DNA of 64,000 nucleotides from Acidimicrobiia bacterium. Lineage in GTDB: Bacteria > Actinomycetota > Acidimicrobiia > Acidimicrobiales > CATQHL01. Shown piece by piece: positions 34,621-43,363 of the stretch. The translations under genes were made by a program, and so were the position numbers. Positions within the stretch are counted from its first letter, which is position 1. Each line of letters opens with the position of its first letter. The notes beneath the pieces are model-generated. The model saw nothing but the letters and a program-made list of their open reading frames with translations. It searched no databases and was not told where the DNA came from. The DNA lies in NCBI GenBank assembly GCA_009835395.1, contig VXXM01000041.1, forward strand, positions 2,875-66,874, given 5' to 3'.

Positions 34621-34660
34621 TAAACGTTGCCTAACGAACTAGGGTATTAGGCGTGCCTAA
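34621..34660. promoter_or_regulatory. second pair of boxes TAAACGTTGCCTAA and TTAGGCGTGCCTAA
   Basis: 12/14 and 11/14 identity to the boxes at 33464-33505. Box B' is again TTAGG-N4-CCTAA and overlaps the GTG start (34653) of the ATPase gene. Confidence 0.5.
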
Positions 34661-35828
34661 TGCCCAACGCGCCACCGCCGGCGCCCCGCCGCCGGGTGAT
34701 CCGGCGCCGCGTGGACGTGACGGCTTCCGGGCCCTGCGGCTGGTCGACGTCCACAAGTCTTTCGGCGGGACGCGGGTTCTTCACTGGGTCAACCTGAGCA
34801 TCGAGCGCGGGCGCACTCTGGCGCTGCTCGGCCCCAGCGGCTGCGGCAAGACGACGCTCATGCGCATAGTGGCGGGGCTCGAGGTCGCCGACGGCGGTGA
34901 GGTGCACGTCGGCGAGCGCATGCTGGCGGGTCCGGGCGTGAACGTGGCGCCAGAGCACCGCCGCATCGGCCTTCTCGGCCAGGAGCGGGCGCTGTTTCCG
35001 CACCTGACGGTGGGAGGCAACGTGGCTTACGGTCTCGGACGCTCGCCCGACCGGGACGCCCGGGTGCGCGAGGTGCTGGAGATGGTCGACCTCGCCGGGT
35101 TCGAGAAGAGGATGCCCGACTCCCTGTCGGGGGGTCAGCAACAGCGGGTCGCCATCGCACGGGCGCTGGCACCGCGTCCGCGTATGCTGCTGCTCGACGA
35201 GCCCTTCCAGGCGCTCGACGTACACCTGCGGCTGGAACTGCAGGCCGAGGTCCAGGCGCTGCTCAAGGCGCTCGGGGCCACCGCCGTTGTCGTCACCCAC
35301 GATCAGGATGAGGCCTTCGTGATGGGTGACGAAGTGGCCGTCATGCAGGAAGGACACATCCGCCAGCGCGGTACCCCCAGCGAGGTCTATGGCCATCCCG
35401 CCTCACCGTGGGTCGCCTCGTTCGTCGGGGATGCCAACTTCGTTCCCGGAATCGGGTCCGGCGACACCGTCGCCACACCCTTGGGCAATCTGGCGACCTG
35501 TTGCCCCGCGTCGGGGAAGGTGGCGGTTCTGGTCCGTCCCTCGCATCTGCGCCTCGTGACACCGGCGACAGGCGGTGACGTGGATGCCAGCGCCACGGGC
35601 CAGGTACAGGCAATGCGCTTCTACGGGCATACCACCGAGTGCCGCGTGCAATTCGGCGAGAACGTCCTCCTGGCCCGCAGCGACCGGATGCCGAGCGTGC
35701 GTGTGGGTGACGACGTGATGATCCGCTACGAGGGACCGCCGGCGGTCGCGTATCCCGCGTCGGCCATGGCCGGTCTGCGGCGGAACGGCAAGCAGCGGCG
35801 CGAGGCGTCGACGAGCCCGGCGCGCTAG
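34653..35828 (+). CDS. ABC transporter ATP-binding protein (FbpC/PotA type with a C-terminal TOBE-like domain)
   Basis: [47 protein letters not shown]. The start is uncertain (GTG 34653). Confidence 0.8.
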   Translation: MPNAQRATAGAPPPGDPAPRGRDGFRALRLVDVHKSFGGTRVLHWVNLSIERGRTLALLGPSGCGKTTLMRIVAGLEVADGGEVHVGERMLAGPGVNVAPEHRRIGLLGQERALFPHLTVGGNVAYGLGRSPDRDARVREVLEMVDLAGFEKRMPDSLSGGQQQRVAIARALAPRPRMLLLDEPFQALDVHLRLELQAEVQALLKALGATAVVVTHDQDEAFVMGDEVAVMQEGHIRQRGTPSEVYGHPASPWVASFVGDANFVPGIGSGDTVATPLGNLATCCPASGKVAVLVRPSHLRLVTPATGGDVDASATGQVQAMRFYGHTTECRVQFGENVLLARSDRMPSVRVGDDVMIRYEGPPAVAYPASAMAGLRRNGKQRREASTSPAR

Positions 35829-35882
35829 CGCCGCGCCGTCACGGCCATCCAGCGGGTCCGACCGCAGCCCGCATTTCGAGCG

Positions 35883-37466
35883 ATGGATGCCGGGCGCCTG
35901 TTCCGTGTCTGGGGCTTCGGTCTCGGGTTGTTCTTCGCCGCGCCGCTCGGCTACCTCGTCTACGAGAACGTCCGGCTGCGCTCCGACATTCTCGACATCC
36001 TGGGCGTGGGGCGGACCTGGGGTCCCCTCGGCAACTCGCTACTGCTGGCCGCCGCGGTGTCGCTGGCGGCCATGGTCGTCGGTACCGCCCTGGCCTGGGC
36101 GACGGTGCGCCTGGACCTGCCGGGACGCCGGCTCTGGGCGGCGCTGGCGCCGCTGCCATTGGTCTTCCCGACGTTCGTCGGCGCCACCGCCTTCATCGCG
36201 CTCCTGGCCCGTGGCGGGCTTGCCGAGCAGGTTCTGTCGCCGCTCGGCGTCGGCACCCTGCCCCGCCTGCAAGGTTTCTGGGCTGCCTGGCTGGTCCTGA
36301 CCCTCTTCACGTATCCCTACGTGTACCTGCCCACCCGTGCCCGGCTGCGCCACCTGGACCCCTCCTACGAGGAGGCCGCCAGGGTGCTCGGGCGCACCCC
36401 GAGAGCGGTCTTCACCACGGTCACCCTCCCGGCGATGCTCCCGGCGGTCTCCGCCGGCGGTCTGCTCGTGTGTCTCTACACGCTCTCGGACTTCGGGGCG
36501 GTCGAGCTGCTTCGCTACGAGACACTCACCCGCTCGATCTACGCCAACCGGCTCTTCGACCGAGCGACATCGGTGACACACGGCCTACTGCTCGGCGTCG
36601 TTGCGGTGGGGGTGGTGGTCGTGGAGCGGTGGCTCGCACGGCGCCGTGCCGGCGGGTTCGCCGCCACCTCCGACCGGCCTCCACCACGGACGAACCTCGG
36701 CTGGCTGCGCTGGCCGGTCTGCGCCGCGGTCGTGGCGTTCCTGTTGCTGGCTCTCGTGGCGCCGCTCGCCACGCTGGGGTACTGGGCCGGTAGAGGGATC
36801 GCCAACCCGGGCCGGCGAGTCGGGGCGTTCGCCCTCGACGCTGCGGGGATCGCCACCTCGGCCGCCTCCACCGTGGCGGTCAGCGCGGTGGCGGCCGCGG
36901 TGACGGTGCTGGTGGTGCTCCCGCTGGCGTGGCTCCTGGTCCGCCGCCCGTCGCTCAGCGCCTCGGCGTCCAATCTTCTCGTCACGGCCAGCTTCGCCTT
37001 TCCCGGCATCGTGGTCGCTCTCGCTCTGGTGTTCTGGGCTCTGCAGGTGCCGTTCGCCGCGGTGATCTACCAGACGCTGCCGCTGCTGATCGTGGGGTAC
37101 GTGCTGCTGTTCGGGGCGCAGGCGGCCAACGCGGCGCGGGCGGCCGTGGGTGCCGTCCCGCCGCGTCTGAGCGAGGGCGCCCGGACGCTCGGCGCCCGCC
37201 GCTGGCGGCGCCTCCGGACGGTGGAGTTGCCGCTCATGACGCCCGGGTTGCTGGCAGCGGGAGGCCTGGTGTTCCTGTCGGTCATGAAGGAACTGCCGCT
37301 CACCCTGCTGATGCGGCCCACGAACCTGCCGATGCTGTCGGCGGACATCTGGGACTCCACCGAGTCGCTGTTCCTGGCACAGGCCGGGCTGGAGTCACTC
37401 GTACTGGTCGCAGCCTCCGGCGTGTTGACGTGGCTGCTGGTGCTGCGGCGTTCGGAGTTCGCCTGA
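35883..37466 (+). CDS. iron(III)-type ABC permease with duplicated transmembrane domain (FbpB-like)
   Basis: 527 aa with two permease halves, each with an EAA-like loop (YEEAARVLGRTP... and LSEGARTLGARRW...). Confidence 0.8.
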   Translation: MDAGRLFRVWGFGLGLFFAAPLGYLVYENVRLRSDILDILGVGRTWGPLGNSLLLAAAVSLAAMVVGTALAWATVRLDLPGRRLWAALAPLPLVFPTFVGATAFIALLARGGLAEQVLSPLGVGTLPRLQGFWAAWLVLTLFTYPYVYLPTRARLRHLDPSYEEAARVLGRTPRAVFTTVTLPAMLPAVSAGGLLVCLYTLSDFGAVELLRYETLTRSIYANRLFDRATSVTHGLLLGVVAVGVVVVERWLARRRAGGFAATSDRPPPRTNLGWLRWPVCAAVVAFLLLALVAPLATLGYWAGRGIANPGRRVGAFALDAAGIATSAASTVAVSAVAAAVTVLVVLPLAWLLVRRPSLSASASNLLVTASFAFPGIVVALALVFWALQVPFAAVIYQTLPLLIVGYVLLFGAQAANAARAAVGAVPPRLSEGARTLGARRWRRLRTVELPLMTPGLLAAGGLVFLSVMKELPLTLLMRPTNLPMLSADIWDSTESLFLAQAGLESLVLVAASGVLTWLLVLRRSEFA

Positions 37467-37492
37467 GGATCCCCGGCGGTCCACGCCCGGGG

Positions 37493-38173
37493 TCAGGCGC
37501 CGGCGGCGACCGGCACGACCAGGAGTCGCTCGCTGGTGTAGTGGTCGATCTCCACCGACTCGCCGTCGATGCTGACCGTGGTGGGTCCTTCGGGAGTGCT
37601 GGAGGTCACGACCCCGCTGTTGCCGGGACACACCGACGAGTCCTCCAGGAAGTCCAGCACCCCGTCCACGAACTCCAACTCCTCGATGATCCGCGACACC
37701 ACGAATGCCTCACCCTCCTCCACCTCGCTGAGCGCCACGCTCTCGGGCGGGGAGTAGCCGGAGCCCGGGATCGGGTTGCCGTGCGGGCAGGTGGTGGGCC
37801 CGCCCAGGAGCTTGCTCATGGCCTCCTCGACGCGGGGTGAGAGCACGTGCTCCCACTTGCCGGCCTCGGCGTGGGCCTCCGCCCACGACAGCCCCAGTAC
37901 GTCGGTCAGGAAGCGTTCGGCCAAGCGGTGGCGACGCACCACCTGCCGTGCCAACTGCATTCCTTCGTCGGTGAGCGTGATGCGCCTGCCGGGCTCGAGG
38001 AGGCCCTGATCCTGCATCCGGCGGATCATCTCGGACACCGCCGGGCGGGAGATTCCCATGCGATCGGCGATCCGGGCCTGGATGACATCGAGGTCGTCCT
38101 CCGCGAGTTCGAAGATCGTCTCGCAGTACTCCTCGAAGGCGGGGTGGTACTCGGGTGCCGTCCACGTCGCCAT
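37493..38173 (-). CDS. DtxR/IdeR/MntR-family metal-dependent transcriptional regulator with a C-terminal SH3-like domain
   Basis: ARIADRMGISRPAVSEMIRRM..GLL...RRHRLAERFLTDVLGLSWAEAHAEAGKWEHVLS...CPHGNPIPG. Closely parallels IdeR as I recall it. Confidence 0.8.
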   Translation of the reverse strand: MATWTAPEYHPAFEEYCETIFELAEDDLDVIQARIADRMGISRPAVSEMIRRMQDQGLLEPGRRITLTDEGMQLARQVVRRHRLAERFLTDVLGLSWAEAHAEAGKWEHVLSPRVEEAMSKLLGGPTTCPHGNPIPGSGYSPPESVALSEVEEGEAFVVSRIIEELEFVDGVLDFLEDSSVCPGNSGVVTSSTPEGPTTVSIDGESVEIDHYTSERLLVVPVAAGA

Positions 38174-38307
38174 GACCTCAGCCTAGTCGCCCCGGCCTGC
38201 GGTTTTCCGGCGCCGCCCATCCGGGCGAGCCCCGCGCGGGGAGGTTCCGCGGCCCCGTTCGGTAGGCTCGCCCGCTGGACAGCGGCCGTGTGGTACGGGG
38301 GCGCCGA

Positions 38308-39468
38308 GTGGATCTTCTCGAGCATCAGGGCAAGGAGTTCTTCGCCTCCTACGGGTTGCCCACCTCCCCGGGTGAGGTGGCGTTCAGCGCGGAGGAAGCG
38401 GTCGCCGCCGCCGAGCGGATCGGCTACCCGGTCGTCGTCAAGGCGCAGGTGCACGTGGGCGGCCGCGGCAAGGCCGGCGGCATCAAGCTGGCGACCGACG
38501 CCGCCGAGGCCCGGCGCCACGCCGAGGCCATCCTGGGGCTCGACATCCGCGGCCACGTCGTGCGGCGCCTCTGGATCGAGAAGGCCGCCGACATCGCCGA
38601 GGAGTACTACGCGGGCTTCACCCTCGACCGCTCGGCGCGCAGGCACCTGGGAATGCTCTCGGCGCAGGGCGGCGTGGACATCGAGGAGGTGGCCGCCACT
38701 GCCCCCGAGGCGATCGCCCGCATCCACATCGACCCCACTGAAGGGCTCAGCGAGGGGGCCTGCCGGCAGTGGGTGGCCGACGCCAAGCTGAATCCCGCCG
38801 TCACCGAGCAGGCCGTCGAGCTGCTGAGCCTGCTGTACCGGGCCTACGTGGAGGGCGACGCCGACCTCGTGGAGATCAACCCGCTCATCGTCACCGGCGA
38901 CGGCCGGCTGCGCGTTCTCGACGCCAAGGTGACCCTCGACGGCAACGCGCAGTTCCGCCACCCCGGCTACGCCGCCTACGACGAGACCGTCGAGCGTGAC
39001 GAGCGGGAGCAGGAGGCCCACGCCCGCGGGCTGCAGTACGTGGGCCTCGACGGCACCGTGGGGGTCATCGCCAACGGCGCCGGGCTGGCCATGGCCACTG
39101 TCGACATCGTGGACGAGGCCGGCGGCACGCCCGCCAACTTCCTGGACATCGGCGGCGGCGCCAACGCCGACGTGATGTCCGCGGCTCTGGAGGTCGTGGA
39201 CGGCGACCGGTCGGTGCGCGCCATCTTCATCAACATCTTCGGCGGCATCACCAAGGGCGAGGAGGTGGCCCGCGGCATCATCGAGGCGCTCGGGCGGGTG
39301 GACATCGCCTCGCCGATCATCCTGCGCCTCGACGGCACCAACGCCACCGAGGGCACCGAGATGCTGCGGCCCTACCTGTCCGACAAACTGCGGCTCGCCC
39401 CCGACATGGTGGAGGCCGCCCGCATGGCAGTCACCGCTTCCGCTGAGGCGGGGGAGGGGCGGCCGTGA
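38308..39468 (+). CDS. sucC: succinate--CoA ligase subunit beta
   Basis: VDLLEHQGKEFFASYGLP...VVVKAQVHVGGRGKAGGIKLA...GVIANGAGLAMATVD...NIFGGITKG. Confidence 0.9.
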   Translation: MDLLEHQGKEFFASYGLPTSPGEVAFSAEEAVAAAERIGYPVVVKAQVHVGGRGKAGGIKLATDAAEARRHAEAILGLDIRGHVVRRLWIEKAADIAEEYYAGFTLDRSARRHLGMLSAQGGVDIEEVAATAPEAIARIHIDPTEGLSEGACRQWVADAKLNPAVTEQAVELLSLLYRAYVEGDADLVEINPLIVTGDGRLRVLDAKVTLDGNAQFRHPGYAAYDETVERDEREQEAHARGLQYVGLDGTVGVIANGAGLAMATVDIVDEAGGTPANFLDIGGGANADVMSAALEVVDGDRSVRAIFINIFGGITKGEEVARGIIEALGRVDIASPIILRLDGTNATEGTEMLRPYLSDKLRLAPDMVEAARMAVTASAEAGEGRP

Positions 39469-40349
39469 GCATCTTCGTGGACGAGAACACCCGGGTCGTC
39501 TACCAGGGCCTCACCGGCTCCGCCGGGCGCTACTACGGCCTGCTGAACCGCGAGTACGGCACCCAGGTGGTGGCCGGCACCCACCCTCGCAAGGCCGGCA
39601 GCGACGTGGACGGCATCCCCATCTTCGCCACTGTGGGTGACGCGGTGGCGGCCACCGGCGCCGACGCCTCGTGCATCTTCGTGCCCGCCCCCGGCGTGCC
39701 CGGCGCCGTGCTGGAGGCGGCCGAGGGCGGCGTGCGCTTCATCGTCGTGATCACCGAGGGCGTGCCCATGCACGACGAGGCGCGGACCTTCGCCCACCTG
39801 CAACGCCATCACCCCGACGTGCGGCTGCTGGGCCCCAACTGCCCCGGCGTCATCAGCCCCGGACGCTGCAACATCGGCATCACCGCCGGGCACATCGCCA
39901 AGCCCGGCGGCCCCGTCGGCATCGTGAGCCGCTCCGGCACCCTCACCTACCAGGCTCTGCACGAGTTGAAGGAGAAGGGGATCGGCTGCACCACCTGCGT
40001 GGGCATCGGCGGCGACCCGGTGCCGGGTACTAACTTCATCGACTGCCTGGCCGCCTTCGAGGACGACCCCGAGACCGAGGCCGTGATGCTGATCGGCGAG
40101 ATCGGCGGGTCGGCCGAGGAGGAGGCGGCGGAGTTCATCGCCGAGCGCCTCTCCAAGCCGGTCGTGGCCTACATCGCCGGCATGACCGCGCCGCCCGGCA
40201 AGAAGATGGGCCACGCCGGCGCCATCGTCTCCGGGGGCAAGGGCACCGCCGCCGCCAAGGTGGAGGCCCTCAGTGCCGCCGGCGTCCGCGTCGGCAGCAA
40301 CCCCACCCAGGCCGGCGAGATAATGGCCGAGGTCGTCGCCTCGCTGTAG
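39465..40349 (+). CDS. sucD: succinate--CoA ligase subunit alpha
   Basis: VVYQGLTGSAG...LGPNCPGVISPG...GIVSRSGTLTYQ...GIGGDP...GHAGAIVSGGKGTA (phosphohistidine loop). Confidence 0.9.
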   Translation: MSIFVDENTRVVYQGLTGSAGRYYGLLNREYGTQVVAGTHPRKAGSDVDGIPIFATVGDAVAATGADASCIFVPAPGVPGAVLEAAEGGVRFIVVITEGVPMHDEARTFAHLQRHHPDVRLLGPNCPGVISPGRCNIGITAGHIAKPGGPVGIVSRSGTLTYQALHELKEKGIGCTTCVGIGGDPVPGTNFIDCLAAFEDDPETEAVMLIGEIGGSAEEEAAEFIAERLSKPVVAYIAGMTAPPGKKMGHAGAIVSGGKGTAAAKVEALSAAGVRVGSNPTQAGEIMAEVVASL

Positions 40350-40367
40350 CTCTGTCCAGTCGGAGGC

Positions 40368-40455
40368 TGTCCGGTCGGGGGCGGCGGTGGCCGTTTGCTC
40401 CTTCGCGCGGGCGCAAGGCGTCGCAAGCCGGCCCCCGGCGCCCCCTCCCTCGGTT
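40368..40455 (+). repeat. copy 2 of the ~88-bp intergenic repeat
   Basis: Same orientation as 7225-7312 and the same 28-nt core. It begins 19 nt after the sucD stop. Confidence 0.7.
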
Positions 40456-40475
40456 GTCTGTGGCTGATTAACGCG

Positions 40476-40518
40476 AGAGTCCGGCGCCCCTCTTGGGAGC
40501 GCCGGACTCTACCGTTTT
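40476..40518 (+). terminator. rho-independent terminator after sucCD (possibly bidirectional)
   Basis: Perfect 12-bp stem AGAGTCCGGCGC/GCGCCGGACTCT, extended by CCC/GGG around a TCTT loop, followed by ACCGTTTTG. Confidence 0.7.
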
Positions 40519-40545
40519 GCTAGCTATTGCTAGGAGGTTGTTCGC

Positions 40546-41535
40546 CTAGGTGCAGGCGGGTATGCCCGGGCTCGTGTCGATGTGCTTCTCGTAGAGGTCG
40601 TCGAGGGTGCCTCGCGCTATGTAGTACCCCAGCCAGCCGTTCAGGTACTCGAGCCACACGACCTCGCCACGCGGCAGGGCAAATGCGCCGTACTCCGCGG
40701 CCAGGAACGGGTCGGTCGGGTCCAGGATGCTGGTGGTCGGGTTCTCGGCCACGAAAGGCTGTGCCAGGTAATTCTCCACCACGATGGCGTCGGCGCGCCC
40801 TGAGGCAACCTCGAGGAACGCCGGTGCCTGGTCGAGCTCGACAAGGTTGGCCTCGGAGAACGTTTTAGAGATCAGGTTGGCCGCGGTGGAGCCGGCGAGA
40901 GCGGTCATCGTGACGTCGCTGCTGTTCAGATCCGACCGGGTCTTGACCGCCGAGTCGTTGTTCACGACCACGACCTGCCCGTAGGGCACGTACGGGCACG
41001 TGAACCAGAGCTGCTCGAGGCGGGCCGGGCGGCCGACGAGGCCAACCGACGCCAGGTCGAACTGGCGGGCGAGCACGCCCGGGATCATCGCTTCGAACTC
41101 GAGGTCGTTGATCTCGAGCTCCACACCGAGGTCCTCGGCCAGCATGCGCATCAGGTCGACGTCGTAGCCTGCCGGCTCGCCGTTCTCGTCGATGTACATC
41201 TGCGGCTCGAACTGCAGGACCATGCCGACCCTGAGGGTTCCGCGATCCTTGATCTCGTCGAGCAGGTTCCCGCTCACCACGGCCTGGGCGGCCGAGCCGG
41301 ACTCGCCCTGGCTCAGCGAGACCTCTTCCTCCTCCTCCGCGGCGGGTGCGGGTGCCGGGGCGGCGTCGTCCGCGTCCTCCGCAGGCGCAGCACCGTCGTC
41401 GGCGGGCGCCGGTGCGGGCGCCGCCTCGGGTGCGGGCGCCGGTGCGGGTGCTGCGTCGTCGTCGCCGTCCCCGCATGCCGCTGCCAGCAGTGCCACTGCC
41501 ACCAGCGGAACCATGAACTTCATGAGTCTCCTCAT
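40546..41535 (-). CDS. polar amino-acid ABC transporter substrate-binding lipoprotein (family 3)
   Basis: Lipobox LLAAAC. A ~55-aa Ala/Pro/Asp/Glu linker, then the family 3 fold (GTLRVGMVLQFEPQMY...GYDVDLMRMLAEDLGVELEI...FDLASVG). Confidence 0.8.
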   Translation of the reverse strand: MRRLMKFMVPLVAVALLAAACGDGDDDAAPAPAPAPEAAPAPAPADDGAAPAEDADDAAPAPAPAAEEEEEVSLSQGESGSAAQAVVSGNLLDEIKDRGTLRVGMVLQFEPQMYIDENGEPAGYDVDLMRMLAEDLGVELEINDLEFEAMIPGVLARQFDLASVGLVGRPARLEQLWFTCPYVPYGQVVVVNNDSAVKTRSDLNSSDVTMTALAGSTAANLISKTFSEANLVELDQAPAFLEVASGRADAIVVENYLAQPFVAENPTTSILDPTDPFLAAEYGAFALPRGEVVWLEYLNGWLGYYIARGTLDDLYEKHIDTSPGIPACT

Positions 41536-41676
41536 GTACTACTCCTCCCTCAGGGGTTTTGCTTCACAGACCGGCGTCTAGCACAAGTGCCCGCGCATCA
41601 ACCCCCGGGTGAGGCAGTCGCGAAGACTCGCTAGGAGCTTCTACCGGTCGATCGGTGAACAGGCTACTGAGTGGCT

Positions 41677-42492
41677 CTATGAATCGGCCAACCTCAACGC
41701 CGGATCGGCGCCCCGACTCGCCGCCACCGCTTCCTGCAGGGCCCGGAGTCGCCGGCTCCGGGCACGGGCGAACGGCGAGCGCACCTTCGATGTGAGCACG
41801 TCGACGAGCTGGAACCGCTGCTCGATGTACTTGAAGAGGAAGTACGCCGCAGTGGTCAGGATGAGGTAGACGATCACCGTGCCCAGGTACACCTCGAAGT
41901 AGCGGAAGGTGCGGTTGGCCAGCAGATTGCTGACCCGCAGCAACTCGGGCACGCCGATGATGTAGACCAGCGAGGAGTCCTTGATCATGCCGATGAACAT
42001 GTTGCTGGTCGGCGGGACCACGATGCGGGTGGCCTGGGGCATCACCACGCGGAAGAACGTCTGGGGACGGCTCATGCCCACCGACATGGCGGCCTGCCGT
42101 TGCCCGTGTGCCACGGCCTGGATCCCGCTGCGGAAGATCTCTCCCAGCCAGCACGAGTACTGCAATGTCAGCGCCAGGACGCCTGCCTGGATGGCGGTGA
42201 TCGAGAACCCGAAGTGGATGGCGACGCCGTAGTACACGAACAGCACGAACACCAGCAGGGGGATCGCCCGGAAGACGTTCACGTAGGTCGCCATGATCGG
42301 GCTGATGATCCATGACTTGGACAGGCGCAGCAGTGCCACCGCCAAGCCCAGTGCGGTGGACAGTGCGAAGGCCACCAGGGCGATGCGGATCGTCAGCCAC
42401 ACGCCGTCGATGAAGATGTCCCGGTTGTCCCAGATGAACTCCGGGCGGAACCTGGCCTGGGCGAGGATGTCTATCGCCGGCTCGAACATCAC
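41677..42492 (-). CDS. amino-acid ABC permease (HisM/GlnP type)
   Basis: [18 protein letters not shown]... and the EAA loop [25 protein letters not shown]. Confidence 0.85.
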   Translation of the reverse strand: MMFEPAIDILAQARFRPEFIWDNRDIFIDGVWLTIRIALVAFALSTALGLAVALLRLSKSWIISPIMATYVNVFRAIPLLVFVLFVYYGVAIHFGFSITAIQAGVLALTLQYSCWLGEIFRSGIQAVAHGQRQAAMSVGMSRPQTFFRVVMPQATRIVVPPTSNMFIGMIKDSSLVYIIGVPELLRVSNLLANRTFRYFEVYLGTVIVYLILTTAAYFLFKYIEQRFQLVDVLTSKVRSPFARARSRRLRALQEAVAASRGADPALRLADS

Positions 42493-43319
42493 AGGATCGA
42501 CTTCAGGAATGCCTGGGTGCGCGGCTCCTGGGCGTGTTGGTAGAGCTCACGGCCGCCCTCTTCCACCACGACGCCTTCGTCCATGAAGATGTTCAGGTCG
42601 CCGACCTCCTCGCCGAAGCCCATCTCGTGGGTGACCACCACCATGGTCATCCCCGACTCGGCCAGGCTGCGCATCACCGCGAGCACCTCTCCCACCAACT
42701 CGGGGTCGAGCGCAGAAGTGGGCTCGTCGAACAGCATCACCTTCGGTTCCATCACCAGGGACCGTGCGATCGCCACCCGCTGCTGCTGGCCACCCGAGAG
42801 CTGGGTGGGGTAGGCGCCGAGCTTGTCCAGCAGGCCCACCCTGTCCAGGTAGGCGGCGGCGCGCATCTCGGCGTCGGGTCGGGGCATCCGCTTGACCCGC
42901 CGGAGCGCCAGCGCCACGTTGTCCAGGGCGGTGACGTGCGGGAACAGGTTGAACTGCTGGAAGACCATGCCGATCTGCTGGCGCAGCAGGCGGGCCCTGC
43001 CCTTCGGGAGGTCCTCGTCGTCGAGGCCGGGGCCGTATTCCTGCTCCTCGAACCAGACCGAGCCCGAGTCGGGGGTCTCCAGCAGGTTGATCGTGCGGAG
43101 CAGGGTGGACTTGCCCGACCCCGAGGGGCCGAAGATCACGACGTGCTCGCCCTTGTGGACGGTGAGGTCGATGCCCTTGAGGACGTGGTTGGATCCGAAC
43201 GACTTGTGGATCTCCCGCAGCCGGACGACGGGCTGCGGGTCCGAGCCGTTGGTCGGCGCCTCACTCATGTGTCCGGACTCGTGTGTCGGCTCATCGCTAC
43301 ATTCCTCGCCAGAAGGCAC
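42489..43319 (-). CDS. amino-acid ABC ATPase (GlnQ type)
   Basis: [47 protein letters not shown]. Confidence 0.9.
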   Translation of the reverse strand: MPSGEECSDEPTHESGHMSEAPTNGSDPQPVVRLREIHKSFGSNHVLKGIDLTVHKGEHVVIFGPSGSGKSTLLRTINLLETPDSGSVWFEEQEYGPGLDDEDLPKGRARLLRQQIGMVFQQFNLFPHVTALDNVALALRRVKRMPRPDAEMRAAAYLDRVGLLDKLGAYPTQLSGGQQQRVAIARSLVMEPKVMLFDEPTSALDPELVGEVLAVMRSLAESGMTMVVVTHEMGFGEEVGDLNIFMDEGVVVEEGGRELYQHAQEPRTQAFLKSIL

Positions 43320-43363
43320 AACGATACGCCAACATCCGATGACGGGCGGCCGATAATGGGGGT

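Noticed and set aside
41295-41472. Apparent nucleotide/peptide repeats (APAPAPAP, AAPAEDADDAAP, EEEEE) in the amino-acid receptor gene
   Set aside because: This is a low-complexity Ala/Pro/acidic tether between the lipid anchor and the binding domain, common in actinobacterial lipoproteins. It is not a structured repeat element.
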